Source of the DNA: a virus
Lineage: Duplodnaviria > Caudoviricetes
Strand: one strand, 5' to 3'
DNA: 64,000 nucleotides
Virus record (IMG/VR): IMGVR_UViG_3300031418_000007
The notes under the pieces were generated by a model. The model had not been told where the DNA came from. It saw nothing but the letters and a program-made list of their open reading frames with translations, and made no database searches. A program made the translations under genes and the position numbers. Numbering within the stretch: the first letter of the stretch is position 1; each line of letters opens with the position of its first letter. Positions 18,816-29,200 of this stretch are shown piece by piece.

Positions 18816-20045
18816 ATGTATACCTTTAAACGTTCTATCATTCGCTACGTCACCGGACCTATGGGGTTAATTCCGTTTGATGTTTCCGCGATTCCCTTGA
18901 ATGCTTTTTACAAGTATTTCAAGGAAGCCATTATTGTGCTCGAGGATTCCCTGTATAAAAACACGGTGTCTATCAAGTACACTGACTATCAGGCGGCATT
19001 CTCGGCGTATGCAGGGACAATCCAGCAGTGGTTAAATGATCACCAAGCAGATGTCCTGAAAACCTACGACGAATTCCCTAAAGACGTTTACCGTACGGTT
19101 ACGCTGCACGACATTCAGTACGAATGGTTTAGTCTGCTGCCGGGTAATGTCGCGATGAGCTCTCGTGACCAAGATTTGATTAACATCAATGACGCGCCTG
19201 ACATTCGTGTTAAGAAAACCAATCACAGTCAAGTTGACTACGCTGATCTGCAAAAGTCCACATTGTGGTTAATGAACAACCATGTGGTGCGCAGCACAGC
19301 GGACGACAGCAACATCTATTTAGTGGGTGCGGGTAAACACTTCAAGGTTAATAGCAATACCCATGTTTGCTGCATGAATTTCAAAGGTATAGGGGAGATC
19401 CATCAGTCACCGATTACGAATGATGATATCTCTTATGTGGTGGATGGTTCTTCTCGCCATCTTAAAGTACGTTATAAGGAGACACTGAAAGACAAAACCG
19501 TATGGATGGTTATTGGAGGTCGGCTGTACATGAGTGACGTCATTGCTCAGACAGACGACAACGCCGTAATGGTGAATATCACCAAGGTCGATTGGTTTGA
19601 TAAGATCTTTACCAGTCGTGGATGGCTTGATCTCTCACGGGTGTTGAAACCAGACGTAGTAGCAGTGGGACCTGAGTTCTTTGAAACCGAAGAATTCTTC
19701 CGTAATCTGTTGACCGATGTTTCTTCGTTCTTTGTGGTGATCGATAATCCCAATCTTGTGGTAACCCATATACCCGTCGGCGAATACCACTTCCCGTTTA
19801 CGTATTACACTGAACGGAAAGACAAACTGCCGTTGCTGCTTAGCAATGGATTAATGCCCAAATATTCGTTACGTAAACACGTGGATAAACGTTTGCTGGA
19901 TATCGATGCCGGTTTACACAAGCGCTTTACTTTCCACTCTTCCGGGTTAAACAACGGTGGTTTATATCATGGGGTAGTCAATCTTGGCTTCTCAGAACGC
20001 TACAACCGTGGCTACCTATTAGAAATCAAAGCCCTATTGCAATAG
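18816..20045 (+). CDS. Conserved phiKZ-like virion structural protein
   Basis: Long ORF; likely start MYTFKR at 18816 with SD AAGGGA. The ORF-track ATG at 18750 coincides with a TATG late-promoter-like site. Confidence 0.6.
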   Translation: MYTFKRSIIRYVTGPMGLIPFDVSAIPLNAFYKYFKEAIIVLEDSLYKNTVSIKYTDYQAAFSAYAGTIQQWLNDHQADVLKTYDEFPKDVYRTVTLHDIQYEWFSLLPGNVAMSSRDQDLININDAPDIRVKKTNHSQVDYADLQKSTLWLMNNHVVRSTADDSNIYLVGAGKHFKVNSNTHVCCMNFKGIGEIHQSPITNDDISYVVDGSSRHLKVRYKETLKDKTVWMVIGGRLYMSDVIAQTDDNAVMVNITKVDWFDKIFTSRGWLDLSRVLKPDVVAVGPEFFETEEFFRNLLTDVSSFFVVIDNPNLVVTHIPVGEYHFPFTYYTERKDKLPLLLSNGLMPKYSLRKHVDKRLLDIDAGLHKRFTFHSSGLNNGGLYHGVVNLGFSERYNRGYLLEIKALLQ

Positions 20046-20057
20046 GATTTACTCACT

Positions 20058-20528
20058 ATGATCGAACAAGTTGAAAATGTTGTTGAGACTGCTGTTAAGT
20101 CTCGTTTACCGGCGTTTGCCAAATACGGGGCCTGGTTCCTGGTGTTGGCATTAAGCGTTACCGCCCTCTTGCTGAGTGGTATCGCACTACAGCGCAGTAA
20201 GCTGGACAACAACACGATTAAGAACATTAGTCAAATAACTGAACGTCTGGAACGCACTGCCTCGCGTCTGGACGCGATCACCAACAACAGTAATATGTTC
20301 AATCGGAACCAGAGTGATTATCTTCACTCTACCGATCGAGACGCACAGGGGAATTACGATGCCTTCTCTAAAAAGTTTGGTGGTGTTGATCTGTCTATTG
20401 ATGACGGCACTAACAGCTGGTTGTTCTCACAAGACAACAGTTTCGGAAGCCAGCAATCAAATGGAAATCAAAAGTCAGGAGATTCTGATAAATGGCTACG
20501 TGAACAAGGTGGTCGCTCTAAAGGCTGA
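20058..20528 (+). CDS. i-spanin (Rz-like)
   Basis: Single N-terminal TM helix (YGAWFLVLALSVTALLLSGIAL) followed by a coiled-coil periplasmic domain; its 3' end is overlapped by a lipoprotein gene. Confidence 0.75.
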   Translation: MIEQVENVVETAVKSRLPAFAKYGAWFLVLALSVTALLLSGIALQRSKLDNNTIKNISQITERLERTASRLDAITNNSNMFNRNQSDYLHSTDRDAQGNYDAFSKKFGGVDLSIDDGTNSWLFSQDNSFGSQQSNGNQKSGDSDKWLREQGGRSKG

Positions 20529-20814
20529 TCTCACCAAAGTCGCACCGGAACTGGATGTGCAGAACAATCCAGAACCTACGTCGGTACAGCCTGAACTCGG
20601 TACCTTCTTAACTGCCAACGATTGCAGCACAGCAGCGGATAAAGATGTCTGCTATACCCGGACCAAACTTGTATTGATCAAGATGGCTAGACGTATTGAT
20701 TATCTGTCCAGTCGTCTCTATGTAAGTAAAGGCACAATCAATAATCTGGTACAAAATCTCAACGAGGTTATTTCTGGATTGGATTCTGTTAAGTTACAGC
20801 AAAGCAAAAAGTAA
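20359..20814 (+). CDS. o-spanin (Rz1-like) outer-membrane lipoprotein
   Basis: Start at 20359 gives MPSLKSLVVLICLLMTALTAG|C (lipobox). Starts inside the i-spanin gene in another frame; two periplasmic Cys. Confidence 0.78.
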   Translation: MPSLKSLVVLICLLMTALTAGCSHKTTVSEASNQMEIKSQEILINGYVNKVVALKADLTKVAPELDVQNNPEPTSVQPELGTFLTANDCSTAADKDVCYTRTKLVLIKMARRIDYLSSRLYVSKGTINNLVQNLNEVISGLDSVKLQQSKK

Positions 20815-20823
20815 AGCATATTA

Positions 20824-20853
20824 CTACTCTACTCCCACCAGGGAGTAGAGTAG
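20824..20853. terminator. Bidirectional hairpin terminator
   Basis: 13-bp stem CTACTCTACTCCC / GGGAGTAGAGTAG, loop ACCA; stem identical to 39206-39235. Confidence 0.85.
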
Positions 20854-20919
20854 CTTATAGTTATGTTTAACCCACCTCGTCCCGGGTATTGTCGAGACTG
20901 TCATAAAAGGTAGGGGGTA

Positions 20920-21450
20920 TTACTTTACCGAGATCCAAACTTGATTGTTGAGATCCCACAGGTCACCGGGTGATGGCTGTGGTGTAGTGGTGCGGACAAA
21001 GCCAGCGCCACTGAGATCGGTAGTGTCATTAACGGTAAGAAACGTGCGGGTTTGAGCATTCCACCAGTAGAACGACGGCTGGTCTTGAGCAGGGTCTTGA
21101 GCACCGAGCCTACGCAGCAAGATGTTCTTGGCCTTTTCACCTAAACCGGTGTTCGACAAAATCGTGGAGATGGTCTTGTTGGCATTGCTGAAACTCATGG
21201 CGCAAATCGTCACACCCACTGTCATGATGAAGAAGTGCCATTCGCCTGGCCAGCCTTTGCCTGCCTGTACAGAAAGGCGGGTAGTGTAGGCGTCCATAAC
21301 GGCGATTAAGCACATTGTGAACACCACCACCGTACCGCACAGGTACCGTACAATCGCCCCCCACTTGCCAAAGAACTGGGATTCAAGTCCCGTGCCTTTG
21401 GCCGGCGGGAGTGTTTCTTCCCGGGGCAGTTCTTGTTCTTGTGTAGTCAT
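20920..21450 (-). CDS. Two-TM membrane protein, holin candidate
   Basis: Two hydrophobic segments (YLCGTVVVFTMCLIAVM; FFIMTVGVTICAMSF) and a soluble C-terminal tail; convergent with the spanins. Confidence 0.45.
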   Translation of the reverse strand: MTTQEQELPREETLPPAKGTGLESQFFGKWGAIVRYLCGTVVVFTMCLIAVMDAYTTRLSVQAGKGWPGEWHFFIMTVGVTICAMSFSNANKTISTILSNTGLGEKAKNILLRRLGAQDPAQDQPSFYWWNAQTRTFLTVNDTTDLSGAGFVRTTTPQPSPGDLWDLNNQVWISVK

Positions 21451-21463
21451 GAGTACAAAACCC

Positions 21464-22069
21464 CTAAGCCGTTTCCATTAGTTCCTGGAAATCTTTCTTT
21501 ATAATTTCACACTGGTACAGGGTAATGGCCACAGAGTCCGATGAGTGTTCATCAATATCCGTGAGGTCAATACCACAGTGATCCAGATCTTCGTACGCCA
21601 ACACACCCTGTTTGACATCTTCCTTGGTACTACCAGAGAAGTAGGCACCCACGGTTTCTTTAGCGGGGTTAGGAAGCACGTAGATAAGGTGACACGGCTT
21701 GTCCGCGCTGTTACATGCTTCACGAAGTAAACTCACTGCTTGAATGAGTTGTTTAAAGGTGCCCGGCGAGACACCCAGGAAGTTATCTTCACAGATGGTT
21801 ACGTCTGGAAGATACAGGTTAATGATTTCCTTTAAGGCTCGACTTAGACCGTAACTGCGTGCCAGCACGCTGGTTGCATTGGTGTCATCGAACTGTTTTG
21901 GAATATCATATTTAACCTGCTCCCCCTGAATGGTATTAACGTAACGCAGCTGTAATTTCTTCCCCGCCACCAATGGAATGTCGATAACGCAAACACCCAT
22001 GTTGGTGGTCGATGGATCTATCCCAAGAACGCGAATCGATCCCGCCGCTACTGCGGAGCGAGAAAACAT
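21464..22069 (-). CDS. ruvC: RuvC-like Holliday junction resolvase
   Basis: VLGIDPSTTNMGVCVI, ICEDNF, KEDV, DEHSSDSVAI acidic catalytic pattern. Confidence 0.88.
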   Translation of the reverse strand: MFSRSAVAAGSIRVLGIDPSTTNMGVCVIDIPLVAGKKLQLRYVNTIQGEQVKYDIPKQFDDTNATSVLARSYGLSRALKEIINLYLPDVTICEDNFLGVSPGTFKQLIQAVSLLREACNSADKPCHLIYVLPNPAKETVGAYFSGSTKEDVKQGVLAYEDLDHCGIDLTDIDEHSSDSVAITLYQCEIIKKDFQELMETA

Positions 22070-22677
22070 ATTAAGCCTTGATGTTGGCCACTTTGGATCT
22101 TAACTACGACCACAAAGTTGGCAGTGTTGTTGAGCGCTAATTCTGCTGGAGCGGAGTTCGCCCAGCCGCGGTACACCAACGTAAACTTCGCCGTAGAGTA
22201 TTCGGCAAATGAGCTGTGCTGCCACACCGGTGTTTCTGTATAGAGGTTCAACAGCTTGCTGAGCGTAAAGCCCAGGTCGTTGGTGGGATTCATGGCATCA
22301 TAGAGATAACCATTAGAGAATGATTTAAACACATCTAATTGCGATGCGTCGTAAACCAGCACTGACTTCGCTAACCAGTTGGTGTCGTTAACCGAACCAA
22401 ACGTCACGGTAGGTGGATTGCCTGCCACGGGTTCTACCACCGGTGTCCCGGAAGCCTGGTTAACAAACTGGGTAATGAGTTCCCCGTCTTTACCAATGAG
22501 GTCGAACTGAATCAAGCCGGTGCTTTTTGCACGATACGTTTGCGTGGCCTTATAATCTTCTACTTTGAGTACAAGGTTATAAAAGTTTTTCACTAAACGC
22601 ACGACATCAGCAACGCCCTGTCCAACCTCAAGAGGTAGATGTGGGGAGTTTAACAGATAAGCTGGAACTCCCGACAT
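22048..22677 (-). CDS. Hypothetical (probable virion) protein
   Basis: ORF within the late structural operon; no clear motif. Confidence 0.6.
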   Translation of the reverse strand: MSGVPAYLLNSPHLPLEVGQGVADVVRLVKNFYNLVLKVEDYKATQTYRAKSTGLIQFDLIGKDGELITQFVNQASGTPVVEPVAGNPPTVTFGSVNDTNWLAKSVLVYDASQLDVFKSFSNGYLYDAMNPTNDLGFTLSKLLNLYTETPVWQHSSFAEYSTAKFTLVYRGWANSAPAELALNNTANFVVVVKIQSGQHQGLICFLAPQ

Positions 22678-22679
22678 GA

Positions 22680-23627
22680 TTAGCTCCCGGTAGTAGACGT
22701 GGTGGAATCAGATGCCAGCAGCATTGGATCACTGTTGCCGTGATCGAAGCGCAGGGTGATTGCAGAGTTACTGCCTGCTGAACGTGCATCTTTCTCGCTC
22801 AGGAAGTGGGCAGGGATCATGCTTAACGCTTCCTGATAACGAATCTTAGCACCGCCGGTGATATCACCTGACACCGTGGCATCGATACCCCACATCACCG
22901 CGACTTCATTAATAGAAGCGACAGAAGGGTCGCCGTACACGATTTTACAGGCGTTTACGATCTCAGCCAGTTCAGTGGCATCCAGAGAACAGTCGATGAT
23001 GGCAGAGCCCATGACGTAGCGCTTGGCAACAGGCACAGTGCCATTGCTGGTGTAGTTCAATGGTTCCGGTTCCATGAGGTCATCTTTGAGATGCACATAC
23101 GGGTCCTGGATTACCTGGCTGTTACCTGACGTCTCATCAACCTCAACCAGCAGTTCATGCGGATTGTAGCTGTCGAACTTCGCGACCATCGCCCAGTAAA
23201 CTTCATAAGCAACGTCGTTGTAAGTTCCCACGGTACGACCACGGTACTTCTTACGTGTCTGTTCATCCAGACCGTTATCCAAAGGACGAGCGATCAGTGG
23301 ACACAGCACATACAGACGCTGGTCGATTGGCTGGTGACCGTTGACGCGCATGGCGGATAAGCCGTTGGCCTGCATGCCGTAGCAGTTGCTGCCGCGCAGT
23401 CCGTAGGTCACATATTTCAGCTCGAAGTCACGTGAGTTCTTTTGACCTAGTGATTCGTCTCCCCATAAACCCAGGTATTCGTTCAGCGTGGTGTACTTCG
23501 GCACAGTGAACGGTTGGTTGGTTGCCATACATTTATACAGCAGCCCACCCAGTGAGTTATTGGTAAAGATTTGTGTGGGGTTATCAGAACGTGCCTGATC
23601 TTGTAATTCAGCACTTGACAGCGCCAT
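22680..23627 (-). CDS. Conserved phiKZ-like virion (baseplate/tail) protein
   Basis: YTTLNE, LKYVTYGLRG, HQPID, PLIARPLDNGL..RKKYRGR pattern recalled from phiKZ-family structural proteins. Confidence 0.65.
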   Translation of the reverse strand: MALSSAELQDQARSDNPTQIFTNNSLGGLLYKCMATNQPFTVPKYTTLNEYLGLWGDESLGQKNSRDFELKYVTYGLRGSNCYGMQANGLSAMRVNGHQPIDQRLYVLCPLIARPLDNGLDEQTRKKYRGRTVGTYNDVAYEVYWAMVAKFDSYNPHELLVEVDETSGNSQVIQDPYVHLKDDLMEPEPLNYTSNGTVPVAKRYVMGSAIIDCSLDATELAEIVNACKIVYGDPSVASINEVAVMWGIDATVSGDITGGAKIRYQEALSMIPAHFLSEKDARSAGSNSAITLRFDHGNSDPMLLASDSTTSTTGS

Positions 23628-23636
23628 AAAAACTCC

Positions 23637-24026
23637 TTAAGCGGTACGCAATATAAAAGAATTGGCAAAATACATAGAATCCAGGGACATCATCACCTGA
23701 GACTGCTTACGGTCAATCGGGTTGATAAAAGCAATATCTCCGATAACCATTCCCAGACTCGTACAACGGTTGATGTAGTTCACCACGGTGACGGGTGTTA
23801 ATGGAACACCCTGTGGAAAACTCCAGTCTTTAAACGTACTCACGTCGTATTTAGTTAATGCCCAGCTTTGTGGAACAGGGTTAAGTGGAGTATAGACGTC
23901 AAACACCGCCTCATACGTCTCATTTACATCTCGGAAGATTAACCAGATCTTACTGATTGTTTCCTTGTCCGTGATGCCCTTCTCCAATATGTATTCGCGT
24001 TTGGCTAATACGAGATCGACGTTCAT
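23637..24026 (-). CDS. Hypothetical (probable baseplate) protein
   Basis: ATGA-coupled to the upstream gene; conserved-looking SLDSMYF C-terminus. Confidence 0.6.
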   Translation of the reverse strand: MNVDLVLAKREYILEKGITDKETISKIWLIFRDVNETYEAVFDVYTPLNPVPQSWALTKYDVSTFKDWSFPQGVPLTPVTVVNYINRCTSLGMVIGDIAFINPIDRKQSQVMMSLDSMYFANSFILRTA

Positions 24027-26248
24027 TTCTGGGTCCCTAGCACGTCATAATAAGTTGGCGGGATAATCAGCATGGGGTCTTCTCCTGGATCCGCCAATTC
24101 TCCATAATAGGTTGGTGGCAATTCCAGATCGAGCAGCGGTATGCTTTTTGCCTCCACAGAAATAAAGGAGGTGTTGGGAATACGCAGTGCGGTAAGAGGT
24201 CCAATATCTTTGCTGTGATCCAGTCGTGGTTTGGTCGTGTCGGTAAACCGTGCCTTGACGGTGGCTGACGCCTGATCAAGTTTGGGCTGAGTGGTATCCG
24301 ATAACCGTAGTGTGAGTTCCGGTATCGCATCCAGCGCCAGTGCATGATTGAGTTTTAGCTGAACGTTTGAGAAGTCCGCCTCCAGTTGATGTCCCAATCC
24401 CATATAAGCAGAATCACCCATGGTGTTGTCAGACAACAACTCAATCACGTCAGAACCGTCATCCATGGTTTTAATGGTGTGGACGGTATAGGAGCTCAGC
24501 TTCATCATGAGGTCAATCAAATCATTCTGAATGCTGCGCAGTGACGGATTGTTATTGAGATCCCAACCTGTAAAGGTTTTAAAGATTACCCAGGCGAGGT
24601 TAGTGAGCTCTTCACGATTGTAGTCGTCAAAGTCCAATGCGTACTTCTGCAAGAAACGCACGTAACTGTGGTCTTCTACTAATGAGATTTCACCTGTCTC
24701 GTACATCAGCTTGGTGGCGTTCTTTACCGCCGCACGTGTTACCTGATCACCGTACGAACTGTAGAGCTTGCGGTGCTTCCACATCGAAATATAGATCGAC
24801 TTGGAAACGTTTAGCAATTCCTCAGCAGAACCCACTGACACCACGTCTACAAACTGATCACGAATGCTACCCACAACAGCATCAGTTATGTATTTGCTTC
24901 CCAATCCCACTTGGCGTAATTCTTTTGCCGTAGGGGGCAAGAGACGCATGACGTTATAATAGAAGGCATTCTCAATGGTGGTGAGTTCATGACCCGCGGC
25001 TAACCGAGTGATATAACGCCACAGCGTAAAGGCATCCCGCGCATCCAGTCGTAATAAACGACCGTCTTTAGGGTTCACCACCGCCATGTTAACCTGATAG
25101 ACACCTTTACCAGCAAGATAGATCCACTGGTTAAACACCACGGTCATCATGGTGTCGCTGTGACGGTTGGTGTAATCCGCCATCTCAGATTCCAGGACTT
25201 TGGTAGGCAGCTCGGTGTGCAAACTGTAGGTCCCTTCAAAAGTCGCTTCCTCTTGATAGATCGAGGTCATCAGCGTGTTGTCTACCGCCATTGGCCTTTC
25301 TTTCTCAATGAGCTTCTCGGTTTCGAAATAGACAGGTGTGATTTGCTTGTCGTCATTCATGTTCAACTGAGTTCGCTTCCACTGAGGCGTCGGTACCAGG
25401 TCAGTTAACTGTGATTTGGTGTTCAGTACCATCTCATATTTCGAGAGCGGAATCTTGCGCGGCGTAAGCAGCTTGTCCATCAGCTGATCAAAGGTGAACT
25501 CCTTACCGGCGTTGTTATTGATCCACTCGATGTTACGATGCAACCACATGACCTGTTCACGATCCAACGAGTTCTTGTAGACCGAGAACTCACCGTAGGA
25601 ATCGATATGACTCCAGATATAGAAGTCATGGGCATGTCGGGTCTTGATAGCTTGGAAACGCGTCAGGTGTATGCACTGAACGATCCCACTATAAAGGTCG
25701 ATAACCATCTGGCGCAGCATCAGGTCTTCAGAGACATGATACTCTGTTTCAAACATTGCCGGTGCGTTACCGTTTATCCAACGCTGTACCTGCGGAATCA
25801 ACGGCCCTTCGTTCCACAAAACCAGATTCTCATTATAACGAAGAATCTTATAGTTTGGGGCAGCAATAGAAACATCATATGTAATCGGAAACAGAATTCC
25901 ATTAATCAGGAGTGTCTGTCCGTCGTAAACTTCAGTAAGACGCTTGTACAGGTCACCGCCCTTTAAATACTGGCGATAGGTGAGAAGATGCTGAGCCATC
26001 GTCTCTTTGGTGAAAGGTATCTCTTCACCTGTGTCCAAGGAAATCACCTTCATGACTTTATCAGTCTCGTGGTAATCCCCGTTTAAATTCATGTAATAGC
26101 GCCAGGTGCGCTTATTATTGAGAACGGTGTATCCGGCCTTTTCCAACACTTCATTATCACGTTTAGCAATGGCTTCTATTTTTACTACCATTGTTCGAGC
26201 GAGTTGGAAAGTGTCGGAATAGAAATTATCGAGATCTATTCTATTCAT
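24023..26248 (-). CDS. Large virion structural protein (phiKZ gp128-like, probable baseplate/tail), C-terminus with two P-P-T-Y-Y motifs
   Basis: WRYYMNLNGDYH..D..M.V.SLDTGEEI.F signature; divergent from the portal as in phiKZ-type genomes. Likely start MNRID at 26248. Ends LELPPTYYGELADPGEDPMLIIPPTYYDVLGTQK. Confidence 0.72.
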   Translation of the reverse strand: MNRIDLDNFYSDTFQLARTMVVKIEAIAKRDNEVLEKAGYTVLNNKRTWRYYMNLNGDYHETDKVMKVISLDTGEEIPFTKETMAQHLLTYRQYLKGGDLYKRLTEVYDGQTLLINGILFPITYDVSIAAPNYKILRYNENLVLWNEGPLIPQVQRWINGNAPAMFETEYHVSEDLMLRQMVIDLYSGIVQCIHLTRFQAIKTRHAHDFYIWSHIDSYGEFSVYKNSLDREQVMWLHRNIEWINNNAGKEFTFDQLMDKLLTPRKIPLSKYEMVLNTKSQLTDLVPTPQWKRTQLNMNDDKQITPVYFETEKLIEKERPMAVDNTLMTSIYQEEATFEGTYSLHTELPTKVLESEMADYTNRHSDTMMTVVFNQWIYLAGKGVYQVNMAVVNPKDGRLLRLDARDAFTLWRYITRLAAGHELTTIENAFYYNVMRLLPPTAKELRQVGLGSKYITDAVVGSIRDQFVDVVSVGSAEELLNVSKSIYISMWKHRKLYSSYGDQVTRAAVKNATKLMYETGEISLVEDHSYVRFLQKYALDFDDYNREELTNLAWVIFKTFTGWDLNNNPSLRSIQNDLIDLMMKLSSYTVHTIKTMDDGSDVIELLSDNTMGDSAYMGLGHQLEADFSNVQLKLNHALALDAIPELTLRLSDTTQPKLDQASATVKARFTDTTKPRLDHSKDIGPLTALRIPNTSFISVEAKSIPLLDLELPPTYYGELADPGEDPMLIIPPTYYDVLGTQK

Positions 26249-26272
26249 TTTGTTTCCAAAAAAGAGGCTATA

Positions 26273-29200
26273 ATGGTCCAAAGTCGAGATATGACCAGAG
26301 GAACGCAGCGCGCACAACTCTCTCGTTTAAGAGAGAGTATTAAGTCCACGAATCCCCTGGTGGCAGCAACGCTTCGTAATGCTACGCCCAAGAATGGCCG
26401 CGCACCGGAAGCAAATGAACTCACTGCGGGAAATGAGCGTAATGCGATTATGCCGCACAAGCTCGAACGCATCAGCAACATCATTGCTAACAACATTAAC
26501 GCTGCTAATGACCTGCGCGCGATTACACCCTATATCGACCGTGCTGAATTAATCTGGTCTTCGCTGCTGCTGTATCCCAACGGGAAACAGAAAAACATCC
26601 TGGAATACTCGACTCGTGCTTCTCGTTACAAAAATACGCCGTTGCATATCGCATTATTAAAGGTTTGGAAAGATTACTTTACAAACGACTATAAAATCGA
26701 AGACGAGTTGCGCACCCAGATCGATGACATGCTCTGGAACACCGGCAGCTACGCCACATTGACACTCAGTCGCATTTCGTTGGACTATTTGATCAACGGT
26801 ATGGAAGTGGTGGATCGTTCGGGTAACGAGGATCTGAAGGCGGTTCACACGTATCAGCAAACGCAGGGTAACTTTGTCTTTGACAAGAAAACCGGCAAGC
26901 TCAAGGTGATGAACGTCGGCACATATGTCCGGCCTGTTCATGATGAGTCCAAAGACGTGTTTAATGTCGCCGGACTGGAATCAATGATGGGTGGTGGGGA
27001 TTTTAAAACATCCAACCAACCTGAGTTCGATATCCTTAAAGGCTCTGAGCTTGACGGCAACGAAGGCTTCTTTATTTCCTTTACGGATAACCCCGCGGTA
27101 CTGGCGACTAATCTCCTGGCCGAGAAGCGTAAGAAGTTCAATGAGAAGTTCTACGCAGGTAACGAAGATTTCTCCTCGTTGATTCAAAAGACGTTGAGTA
27201 ATCAGGGCGCCAAAGAAGATGATCGCGATAAGTCTGTAAGAAAGCCAGATGACAAGAAAGGCCGTCGTCCTGATCAGCCAAAAGCACGCACCACGAATAT
27301 GTCGATGGGTACGCTGAACAGCTTACAGAACGATATCTTCCCTCATCGCCGTGCTCCGAATCAGTTCATGCAGTTTGTCAAGCAAGACACTGATTTAGGT
27401 GTGCAGAACTACGGTACGCCGATTGACTGGCATGTGCCATCTGCTGCTATCATTCCGATTCACATCAACGGCAATGTGCGCAAGCGTAAAGACTACATCA
27501 TTCTGTTTGATCCAGACACGGGTGAGTTCCTGAACCCGACCATGGACTTCCAGTTCTACCAGAGCTCGAAGAAACAGCAAGATGGCATCACCAACAAGAA
27601 CCAACAGGGCGGAACGAATTCACTGATCGATAACCTGAAACAGATTCAACAGGGTAAAGACTGTGACTTTGATATGACCGAGTTTGCTGAACTGAGCAAG
27701 GGCATTATCATTGAATCGTTTATGAAGTCTGTGATCTCTGGTCGTTCGGGTTCTATCTCTGTAGATCTGGATGAAGAAACCAACAAGATCTTCATGGCGC
27801 GTATGTTCCGTGGTCAGGGCATCCGTGCTCTGTATGTTCCGGGTGAGTGTGTCACGTACTCCGCGTTTAAGTTCAACGCACTGGGCGTGGGTCAGTCACT
27901 GACTCAGGCTGCTAAAATGCACATCGCACGTTTAGCGGCAATGGATCTTGCAGACGCCATGGCAAACATGGAAGCTGCGCAGTCCACAAACAAAATGCGC
28001 ATCACGTTGGACAAAGATGACCCGAACCCAGAGCGCACTATTGCAATGGCCAGGGAAGTCTTCTTCCGTGCTAACCCACGTTTCTATAACGTGTTAGCCA
28101 CTAACCAGATGAGTATTCCTGTGCTGGTTGATGCTTTCCGTGAACTCTCGTTGACGTTGGAAGTGGATGCTGGTGAAAACCCGTATTTACCTGTGCCGGC
28201 TATCTCTGTGGAACCTCAGGAAAAACAGCACTTCCGCAAAGTGGATTCTGACAGTCGCAACGAAGTGTTGAACAAGATCGCCAACTACTTCATGTTGCCG
28301 CGTAGCTGGTTGGACGTCGCAGATGAAAACAATAACTTCCAGATTGAAGCGCTGAATGAACACCGTTTGGTGTATAACCAGGCATTGAACTGGCAGGAAC
28401 AGATTGCAGACTTTGTTATCGAGCGTGAACGTAAGTACGCGCGTGTTAACCAACCTCTGCTGCTGAGCCTGATTCAAGTTATCAGTGATCAAAAGAACCT
28501 GTGGAAGCCCGACAACAAGGAGATTGAGATCGAAGGCGGTACCGATGCTGAGAAGATCGAAACCATCCTTGAAGACTTCCTCAACAACATTGAGTGCTCG
28601 TTGCCTGCGCCTGCTGTAATGGAACAGGCCAACAAACTCAAAGAGGGTCTGTCTACTGCTACTGATCTGGTAACGCAGTGGTGGGAAGCTAATGGCAAAA
28701 CCGCCTTAATCAGTAAGGCTGTGGAAACCATGAACCTGGGCGGTGAATACAGTCCAGAACAGGTTGAGGCGATGGTCAAGGCTTACCTCTACCAGAAAGC
28801 GCACAAGTTCCTTAACATTCCTTCACCGTTTGATGATGCTGTTGATGATCCATCAGGTGGCGGCATGGCAAGTATTGTGGAAAGCGTGGTCACTCAGAAC
28901 AAGGCGTTGTATAACTTCCTGGGTAACTTAGCGATTCGTGATCTTGATGAGCGTACGAAGGTGGTGAGTTCGCTGAGCGGAAAGATCGAGAATAAGCTCG
29001 AGAAGTTCCAAACGAAAACTGGTGGGGAACAAACCGAAGAATCTGAGCCAAGTGCGGATCCATTTGCACCACCGGCTGGTGATGGCGGGGAACCTCCGGT
29101 AGACAACCTGGACGACAATGGTGAGACAAAGCCGGATGACTTTAATCCGGATGATCTCAATGACGACGCGAATAACAGCGACAACGCTGATGACACGGGT

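Noticed and set aside
20800-20814. C AAA AAG just before the o-spanin stop
   Set aside because: Imperfect heptamer, and the terminator follows at once, leaving no room for a meaningful extension.
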